Origin: an uncultured bacterium
GTDB lineage: Bacteria > Oederibacteriota > Oederibacteriia > Oederibacteriales > Oederibacteriaceae
DNA: 64,000 nucleotides
Direction of reading: 5' to 3'
NCBI GenBank assembly: GCA_965112635.1
Contig: OZ218778.1
Coordinates: 1,312,001-1,376,000, forward strand
Shown here: in pieces, positions 57,506 to 64,000 of the stretch
Layout: each line of letters begins with the position of its first letter
How positions within the stretch are numbered: the stretch's first letter is position 1
Made by a program: the position numbers and the translations under genes
Notes under the pieces: generated by a model
Databases searched by the model: none
What the model was told of the DNA's origin: nothing
The model's input: the letters and a program-made list of their open reading frames with translations, nothing else

Positions 57506-58651
57506 ATGAACAAATATTTTTTGATTCCATTGCTGATGTTAGGCGCTTGCTTCAGTTTTGCCCGGGCTGAGGATATCCAGGAGATCACGCCGGTCGTTAA
57601 TTTTGGCTCTGAAACGCCGGTCTTTATCCCTATTGCCACCGAAACACCCTGGTCGGTACCGGTCAATCACAATGAAAATCCCGAGCTCGGCCTTACCCCG
57701 GAGAAAACGCCCAGCCTGACCCTGACACCGGTTATCCAGGAAAAAGACGAGGTCGTCAAAAATGACGGCGAAGTCCTGAGCGGGACCATCACGAAAATCG
57801 AACTCAATGACTATATCCGCATAAGAACGGCTGGAGGCAAGGTTTTTCAGGTGGATTGGAAGGATTTGAAACAACTGAACGGCAAATCTGTGGCCAGCCC
57901 CACCCTAACCCCCGTCTTGCCGGCTGTCAAGGTGACTGCCGTGCCCCATATCCAGGCGAGAGGCGCTTTTTACCTAGGGACCAATCTGGGTTGGCTGGCC
58001 AGTACTAATTCTGACCTAGGCCAATACACCGATCCTGACCCCAGCTATGCTTACCTGTCCAAAAACAAAATCGGCTCGAACTTTTTGACCGACCTGCAGT
58101 TGGGCTACCAGTTGGCCAGCCCCTTTGGCTTGGAACTGGGAGCGGAGTTTGGCCCGACCAGCGGGGTGAATGCCAGCGGGAATACGGTCCTGTCCTACTC
58201 TTCGTTCGCTGAACTATGGAAGTTTTACCTTATGCCCACTTACAGGGTTTCCGGCAGTGACGGACTTTTTTACGGGCTCTTTGTGCACACCCTGGGCCTG
58301 CGTTTAGGCTGGGATCTGCTGTTGGACAGCCAGAGCTATACCACGACCTTTGGAGCGGCCTCCATGAGCGGCAACAGCCAGACCGTCGAGGTGGGTCTGG
58401 TTTACCGGCTGGAACAATTCATAGACGAGAATTTCAGCGCGGGGCTGGATATTTCCTATAACTTCACTAGCTTTAACGGGCTGACCATCACCAACTCTAA
58501 TTCCTCCAACGGGGCCTATATTTATTTCAATCCGCCACCCGCGGCTGACCTTTCCGGGCTGTCCGCCAAAGCGAGCCTGAACTACTGGTTCAATATGCCG
58601 TTCTGTCGGGAGGCGCCTAGAAAACCACGGGCTTTGCCCGTGGATGAATAG
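57506..58651 (+). CDS. Predicted outer-membrane beta-barrel protein with T/P-rich N-terminal region
   Basis: Signal peptide (FARA); amphipathic strands with alternating aromatic residues; ...SLNYWF near the C-terminus. Confidence 0.65.
   Translation: MNKYFLIPLLMLGACFSFARAEDIQEITPVVNFGSETPVFIPIATETPWSVPVNHNENPELGLTPEKTPSLTLTPVIQEKDEVVKNDGEVLSGTITKIELNDYIRIRTAGGKVFQVDWKDLKQLNGKSVASPTLTPVLPAVKVTAVPHIQARGAFYLGTNLGWLASTNSDLGQYTDPDPSYAYLSKNKIGSNFLTDLQLGYQLASPFGLELGAEFGPTSGVNASGNTVLSYSSFAELWKFYLMPTYRVSGSDGLFYGLFVHTLGLRLGWDLLLDSQSYTTTFGAASMSGNSQTVEVGLVYRLEQFIDENFSAGLDISYNFTSFNGLTITNSNSSNGAYIYFNPPPAADLSGLSAKASLNYWFNMPFCREAPRKPRALPVDE
58554..58603 (+). repeat. 50-bp direct repeat, copy 1 (3' end of the OMP gene)
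   Basis: 42/50 identical to 59907-59956. Confidence 0.85.
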
Positions 58652-58776
58652 GCGCAAGTACTATAAATACATTCCTCTCCGAGAGGATTCCAAAGGAGGT
58701 TACTCCTTTGGTCAGTCCGCCGGAGGCGGACTGAATGTTTTGTGGTAGCCACGGGCGTGAGCCCGTGGTAGTTTAT
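58613..58776. mobile_element. Miniature palindrome-rich element, IS200/IS605-end-like (PATE/REP-like)
   Basis: Twin hairpins CCACGGGC-loop-GCCCGTGG at 58625-58643 and 58749-58768, three more internal hairpins, no transposase. Confidence 0.55.
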
Positions 58777-58817
58777 AATTGGTCTAGCCAAATGCCTGTG
58801 GAAAAAAGGAAGGACCC

Positions 58818-59897
58818 ATGAAAAAGAGAGCTGCAAAAGTACGCAGGAAAAAGAAAAAAGGAAAAGGGCCGGATATTTTAAAATACCTCAAAAGCCCCCT
58901 GGGACTGGCCTGGGTAGGCTTGGTGGTAGTGGCCGTCATTTTTGAAGTTTGGATGACCAGCTCCGGGGACTTGGTCAAGGATTTTGTTTCCAAGAAAGAA
59001 AAAAACCGCCTGTATGCGTTCCAGAAATTGTCCAAAATGGACCCCAAGGAAAAAGCGGCTGTTTCCATGAAACTGGTCCCGTATTTAAAGAGCGATGATA
59101 AGAACGTGCGATTCTGGGCGCTGGACGCCGTCGGAAGCATGAGGGAAGATTCCGGCGGGGCCGTAGCCGCGGTGCTGAAAGTGCTTAAAGAAGATAAAGA
59201 CCCCGGTCTTCAGGAAAAAGCCGGGCGTACCCTGGGGTATATCGGCAAGCCGGCGGCCGTGGCCATCCCCGACTTAATCGCAGGGCTCAAGGACCGCAAT
59301 GACGGCATCAGAGCCGGAGCCGCGGCAGGCCTGGCTGGAATAGCCCCTGATGACCCCGCGATGATCCCGATCTTCACCGCAGCCTTAAAAGACGAAAACC
59401 CCGATGTCCGCGCCAGCGTGGCAGGCGCTTTTTGGGCCATGGGTGTCGGCGCGCGGCCGGCTTTAAAAGCGATCCTGGCCGCGTTAAAGGACGGTAATGA
59501 CCAGGTCAGGGCCTCAAGCGCACGGAGCCTGGCCAGCATGAAAGCCGACCCGGACAGGGTCGTGGGCCCCCTGATAGGTATGCTGACCACCGACCAAAGC
59601 AGGGATGTGCGGCGCGAGGCCGCGGTGGCGCTGGGAGAGATCGGGCCCGAGGCTAAAAGAGCAGTGCCTTCCCTGATGCTCTATGTGCAGGACAGCAGCT
59701 ATCCGTCTTTGCAGGTCAATGCCATCCAGGCCCTGGGCAAAATGGGTTCCTGGTCCAGGGACGCGGTGCCCAGCCTCATCAAAGTGATGAATGGCAGCGA
59801 TAAAGACCTGGCCCACGCGTCCATGGATGCCCTGGACAGGATAGGCGGCCCGCAAGCGCTGGATGCCGTGGCAGCGTACAGGGCCAAAAACAAGTAA
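58818..59897 (+). CDS. Membrane-anchored HEAT (PBS lyase-like) repeat protein
   Basis: Basic N-terminus, one TM helix, ~8 repeats of the LKDxxxxVRxxAAxALGxIG pattern. Confidence 0.85.
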   Translation: MKKRAAKVRRKKKKGKGPDILKYLKSPLGLAWVGLVVVAVIFEVWMTSSGDLVKDFVSKKEKNRLYAFQKLSKMDPKEKAAVSMKLVPYLKSDDKNVRFWALDAVGSMREDSGGAVAAVLKVLKEDKDPGLQEKAGRTLGYIGKPAAVAIPDLIAGLKDRNDGIRAGAAAGLAGIAPDDPAMIPIFTAALKDENPDVRASVAGAFWAMGVGARPALKAILAALKDGNDQVRASSARSLASMKADPDRVVGPLIGMLTTDQSRDVRREAAVALGEIGPEAKRAVPSLMLYVQDSSYPSLQVNAIQALGKMGSWSRDAVPSLIKVMNGSDKDLAHASMDALDRIGGPQALDAVAAYRAKNK

Positions 59898-59906
59898 TAC
59901 CCCGCC

Positions 59907-59965
59907 CCGGGCTGTCCGTCAAAACGAGTTTAAACTACTGGTTCTCCATGCCGTTCCAAAAATAG
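59907..59965 (+). pseudogene. Relic 3' end of an OMP paralog (direct repeat copy 2)
   Basis: Translates GLSVKTSLNYWFSMPFQK* versus GLSAKASLNYWFNMPF in 57506-58651. Confidence 0.7.
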
Positions 59966-60007
59966 CTGCGGAAAAAAGACCGGCCAACTCCCTGCATTCA
60001 GGGGCAG

Positions 60008-60646
60008 CTAGAGACCCAGAGGCCGGAGGAGGGCGCGGCAGGGAGCGCCTTCGCTATGCCAGACCCTCAGGGGCAGGCAAACCAGTTCGTAGCGACCGGG
60101 CTTGACCTGGGACAGGTCCAATCCTTCGATGATCCAGATGCCGGCTTTTAAAAGGGTCCGGTGGGTCAGGCAGCCATCCTTTTTGTAACCGCCCACGGAA
60201 AGGTAATCCACACCCAGGGTCATGATCTTCTTTTTCGCCAGGTAGGCGGCGGTGGGGCCGGGGATGTAGACAAAATTCTTTATAAAAGGACGCAGGGGCC
60301 ATCCGGACCTGGAGTTCTGGGTTTTGAGCAGGATGCGTTCGCCTTTTTTAACGCGGTATTTTTCCAGTTCTGCCACGGTCGCCGCGGTCCTGTTTTTGAG
60401 CTCCAAAACCCTGACCGGGCCAATGACCGCCTCAAAAGGCAGGCTGTCCATGTTCCTGCCGTTTTTCAAAAAATGAAAAGGGCTGTCCATATGGGTACCG
60501 GTATGGGTGCCCAGGCTGAGGCGGGAAAGATTGTCCGTGGAAACCCGGGATATCCTTTTTATCCAGTTAAATTTGAACGGAGCGTCACCGGGCCAATGCG
60601 CCAGGCCATTTTTGATAGGAACCGAAACATCAATCCATTTGGTCAT
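60008..60646 (-). CDS. Cyclase-family metal-dependent hydrolase (kynurenine formamidase-like)
   Basis: WPGD, HTGTHMDSPFH, GVDYLSV, IIEGL, GAPCRA. Confidence 0.88.
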   Translation of the reverse strand: MTKWIDVSVPIKNGLAHWPGDAPFKFNWIKRISRVSTDNLSRLSLGTHTGTHMDSPFHFLKNGRNMDSLPFEAVIGPVRVLELKNRTAATVAELEKYRVKKGERILLKTQNSRSGWPLRPFIKNFVYIPGPTAAYLAKKKIMTLGVDYLSVGGYKKDGCLTHRTLLKAGIWIIEGLDLSQVKPGRYELVCLPLRVWHSEGAPCRALLRPLGL

Positions 60647-60661
60647 AAAATCCTCCTTTGA

Positions 60662-62113
60662 TCAGATGACTTCCCAGCGGCCGTGTCCCTCGAGCAAGCG
60701 GTCGGCCTCCACGGGGCCCCAAGTGCCCGCTGGGTATAAATGAACGGGCTGGTTGTGCTGCAGTAACGGGGCATACAGTTTCCAGGACTCCTCGACTTCA
60801 TCGGACCGGACAAAAAGGGTCTGGTCCCCTTTGACCACTTCCAGCAACAGGGTTTCGTAGGCGTCGGCCAGGAACCCGGCGCATTCGTAGTGCATATGGT
60901 GCGTGTGGAGTTTGAACGGCTGGCCCGGGACTTTGACATGGACTGCCAGGTCCACGCTGTCCTCGGGCTGGATGGTGATATTCAAAACATTGGCAGGCAG
61001 GGTGTCCGTGCCGAAAGTATTAAAAATGGACAGGGGCGGTTTGCGGTAAGTGATGGCGATCTGGCTGGTGGCGCGGGCCAGGCGCTTGCCGGTCCTCAGG
61101 AAGAACGGCACGCCCTGCCAGCGCCAGTCGGCGATCTCCAGGCGCAGGGCAAAGAAGGTCTCTACTTTGGAATCCTTGGCCACGCCGGGCTCCTGGCAAT
61201 AGCCGGATACTTTTTCTTTCTGAACCTCGCCGGACGCGTACTGCCCAAAGACCGCGTCCTGGGACTTGATGGGCACTATGGAACGGAGGACCTTTAATTT
61301 TTCGGTGTGGATAGCCTCGGACTCAAAGGCGCTGGGCGGGTCCATGGCGATGAGGGTCAGAAGCTGGGTGAGGTGGTTTTGGAGCATGTCCCGGACCGCG
61401 CCGGCTTGCTCGTAATAGTTGGCCCGCGACCCCACGCCGAGCTGCTCCGCCACCAAAATTTGGACGCTGTCGATGTGGTCGCGGTTCCACAGGGGCTCAA
61501 AGATGCTGTTGCTGAACCTGAACGCCAGAAGGTTCTGCACGGTCTCTTTGCCCAAGTAATGGTCGATGCGGTAGACCTGCTCTTCGGTGAAATGTTCGTG
61601 GACCAGGCGGTTCAACTCCTTGGCCGAGGCTAGGTCGCGGCCAAAAGGTTTTTCGATGACCACGCGGACCCAGCCATGAGCGCGGTTGAGCCCGGCCTGG
61701 CTGAGATGGGCCACGACCCCGGGAAAGTCCGTCGGAGGCAAAGCCAGGTAAAAAACCCGGTTGCCGGGGAGATGGTATTTTTTCTCCAGTTCCTCGATGC
61801 GGGACCCCAGTTCTTTAAAGGCGCCGGGCTTATCCTCCTGCAGGCAATGGAAATGCAGATAATCCTTGCACCACCCTTTGATCTTGGGGGCGGCGATGAC
61901 CTTGTCTTTGGTGAGATTCTGGTTTATTTTGTCCCGGAAAGACTGTTCCGTAAGGCTGGGGTTGCGGGAAAGGCCCAGGACATGAAAGTTCTCCTTGATA
62001 AAACCCCGGACAAAAAGCCGGTACAGGGAAGGCAAAAGTTTGCGGGCCGTCAAATCACCTGTAGCCCCAAAAATAATGAATAAGCAGGGTTCTGTGGGTT
62101 TATTTTTAAACAT
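60662..62113 (-). CDS. zwf: Glucose-6-phosphate 1-dehydrogenase
   Basis: FGATGDL, IEKPFG, RIDHYLGKE, DMLQNHL, RTGKRL. Confidence 0.96.
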   Translation of the reverse strand: MFKNKPTEPCLFIIFGATGDLTARKLLPSLYRLFVRGFIKENFHVLGLSRNPSLTEQSFRDKINQNLTKDKVIAAPKIKGWCKDYLHFHCLQEDKPGAFKELGSRIEELEKKYHLPGNRVFYLALPPTDFPGVVAHLSQAGLNRAHGWVRVVIEKPFGRDLASAKELNRLVHEHFTEEQVYRIDHYLGKETVQNLLAFRFSNSIFEPLWNRDHIDSVQILVAEQLGVGSRANYYEQAGAVRDMLQNHLTQLLTLIAMDPPSAFESEAIHTEKLKVLRSIVPIKSQDAVFGQYASGEVQKEKVSGYCQEPGVAKDSKVETFFALRLEIADWRWQGVPFFLRTGKRLARATSQIAITYRKPPLSIFNTFGTDTLPANVLNITIQPEDSVDLAVHVKVPGQPFKLHTHHMHYECAGFLADAYETLLLEVVKGDQTLFVRSDEVEESWKLYAPLLQHNQPVHLYPAGTWGPVEADRLLEGHGRWEVI

Positions 62114-62203
62114 AACACCTTTCTTTAATGATTTAATACAGGTTTATTATAAAATGAATGGCCTGAAATGAACATCCGAACTTAAAGAAAGAAGAGCTGA
62201 CTT

Positions 62204-64000
62204 TTGCCAAAGCGATCCAGTCAGAATGTGAAGAAGAATGCCAATAAAGACAAAAGGTCAGGGGCCACCCAGGCTGTTGTTTACAGCCTGGCAGGGGTTT
62301 TGTTCCTGTTGGGCCAGTGGTTCTTTTATAGCAACCGACTGGCCTTTGCTCTTGGCCTGACCTTGTGCAGCGCCCTTGTCCTTCTGTACACGCGGGCACG
62401 CTGGCAAAAGATGGTTTCCGCGATCAACCTGTGGATCAGAGACCTGACAAACCTTTCTTTTGTGGCCAAGCTGGTCCTGTTGGCCTTGGGACTGTTCTTA
62501 ACTTTTTTCTGCCAGTCCAGCCTGGTCGCGGGCCGTTTGCTGCAGGCGGTCTGGTCCATGCTGGGGTATTCGCTCCTGTTCCTCAGCGCGGTCTCTCTCT
62601 GGCCATGGCCGCACAAAAGCCGCGGCCCAAGGGACCTGGGGCCGGTCCATCCCGACCTGGCCAACGGCCTTTTCTTCCTCATTTTTCTGGTTGGAGTGTG
62701 GATGCGGCTTTATATGCTCAAGAGCATGCCGCCAGGGCACTGGTATGACGAAGCCAACAACGCCCTCATTGCCGTGAATATGCGCAAACAACCGCTCACG
62801 CCTTTTGTTCCCGCGCTGGCGCAGCCGTCCCAGTGGACTTATCTCCTTTCTTTCTTTATGTACTTCGTTAATTCCGAACCCTATCTGGTCAGACTCCTGC
62901 CAGATATTTTCGGGATGCTCACTGTCCTGGCTTTTTACGCGTTCCTCAAACAGAGGGTGGGGGTCCGGGCTGCCCTGGCCGGGTCCTTTTTGCTGGCCGT
63001 GTGCCGGTGGCATATCAATTTCAGCCGGATAAATTTTAATTCCATCCAAACGCCTTTTTTTGAGGTCCTGACGCTCTATTTCCTGGATAGGGGTTTCCAG
63101 CAAAAGAAGTGGTGGCCTTATGTTCTGGCAGGATTGAGCCTGGGTTTTCTGCTCAATTCTTACGTGCCGGGCAGGCTTTTTGTGCTGGTCCTGGTCGTTT
63201 ACCTGCTTTTAATGTGGGCCAGGCAGACCGATTATTTCAAGACCGAGTGGATAAGGCTGTGCCTTTTTGGAGGGGCCACTTTCCTGATGATGGTCCCAAC
63301 CCTTTTGTATCTCATCAAGAATTCCGCGGTATTTTTCCAGCGCACCAAGCAGGTGTGGGTCCTCAAGGATATCGCGTCGAACCAGGCGGGTTTAGTCCTG
63401 GCCTATACCCTGAAACATACCCTGCTGCAGTTCAGCGTATTGGGGGACGGCAACGGCAGGCACAACCTGCCCCTTGCTCCTATGCTGGACCCCTACACGG
63501 CTATGCTGTGCCTGGCCGGATTTGGTTTTGTCCTGGCCGCCAGTTTTATGCCCTGGGTGGCCTGGCCCATCAAACGGCGGCTGAGGATAAGTCCTGTTCA
63601 GGAGAACGCGCTTTTGTCCCTGTCCTGGTTCTTCGTGATGATCCTGCCGGGCATCCTGACCATCGAAACCCCCCAGGCTCTGCGGACTATCGGGTGCATC
63701 CCGGCTGTCCTGATGATCGGGGTCGTGTTCCTGGACAAGGCCTGGGAGTTCCTTTTCAGCAGTCTGCCCGCCTCCTGGGAAAAATACGGCGCCTGCCTCA
63801 GTCTCGCCTTTTTTGGCGCTGCCGGCCTGGCCAACTGCAACAGCTATTTCGTGGAGCAGGCCCAACACCGGGATGTCTATTACAGTTTCTCGCCGGCCGA
63901 GCACCTGATGGGCAAGTTTATCAGCCACGCGGACGACCACTGCCAACTCTACGCTGACCACGCGTATTATCCCCAGACCTATTTTTCGGAAAAACACATG
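62204..64000 (+). CDS. GT-C (ArnT/PMT-like) polytopic glycosyltransferase, 3'-truncated by window; absent from the ORF track
   Basis: Spot-translated frame from TTG 62204 to window end: many TM helices, RLYMLKSMPPGHWYDEANNAL, LAVCRWHINFSR, GNGRHNLP, PQALRTIG. Confidence 0.8.
   Translation, partial: MPKRSSQNVKKNANKDKRSGATQAVVYSLAGVLFLLGQWFFYSNRLAFALGLTLCSALVLLYTRARWQKMVSAINLWIRDLTNLSFVAKLVLLALGLFLTFFCQSSLVAGRLLQAVWSMLGYSLLFLSAVSLWPWPHKSRGPRDLGPVHPDLANGLFFLIFLVGVWMRLYMLKSMPPGHWYDEANNALIAVNMRKQPLTPFVPALAQPSQWTYLLSFFMYFVNSEPYLVRLLPDIFGMLTVLAFYAFLKQRVGVRAALAGSFLLAVCRWHINFSRINFNSIQTPFFEVLTLYFLDRGFQQKKWWPYVLAGLSLGFLLNSYVPGRLFVLVLVVYLLLMWARQTDYFKTEWIRLCLFGGATFLMMVPTLLYLIKNSAVFFQRTKQVWVLKDIASNQAGLVLAYTLKHTLLQFSVLGDGNGRHNLPLAPMLDPYTAMLCLAGFGFVLAASFMPWVAWPIKRRLRISPVQENALLSLSWFFVMILPGILTIETPQALRTIGCIPAVLMIGVVFLDKAWEFLFSSLPASWEKYGACLSLAFFGAAGLANCNSYFVEQAQHRDVYYSFSPAEHLMGKFISHADDHCQLYADHAYYPQTYFSEKHM

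Noticed and set aside
58554-59956. The 50-bp repeat pair as a diversity-generating retroelement VR/TR
   Set aside because: Only 2 of 8 mismatches fall at adenines in either copy, and no reverse transcriptase is present
62326-63997. ORF-track entries 62365-62748, 62498-63103, 63109-63957 and 63392-63997
   Set aside because: Alternative-frame or antisense shadows of the GT-C gene that runs off the window

Overview
A core-genome window from a diderm (LPS-making) bacterium, apparently an uncultured or poorly characterised lineage; the lineage cannot be named from sequence alone. In order: the tail of an AsnB-like amidotransferase; two tandem TM-GAF-GGDEF diguanylate cyclases; a ~20 kb LPS core/Kdo/ADP-heptose cluster (LpxK-GT9 fusion, seven GT9 domains, two GT2, a CE4 deacetylase, a WaaL-like ligase, gmhB, split hldE, kdsB-pyrG-kdsA); RNase P RNA; a complete mraZ-to-ftsZ dcw cluster followed by an amidase; two paralogous SP-TPR-TM-HEAT-coiled-coil genes flanking an M20 amidohydrolase and tmRNA; a secreted SGNH hydrolase; a class V aminotransferase; glgA; frameshifted prfB; an outer-membrane barrel; a HEAT protein; zwf with a cyclase-family gene; and a truncated GT-C glycosyltransferase missing from the ORF track. 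The most notable oddities are a KdsA-RNase HI fusion with an A9 tract at the junction, the TPR-TM-HEAT paralog pair, a hairpin-packed IS200/IS605-like miniature element inside a 50-bp duplication of the OMP 3' end, a probable AUU start for the heptose kinase, and an orphan Phd antitoxin coupled to LPS genes. No CRISPR array, integrase or transposase was seen. All family assignments come from recognising motifs by eye, not from database searches.
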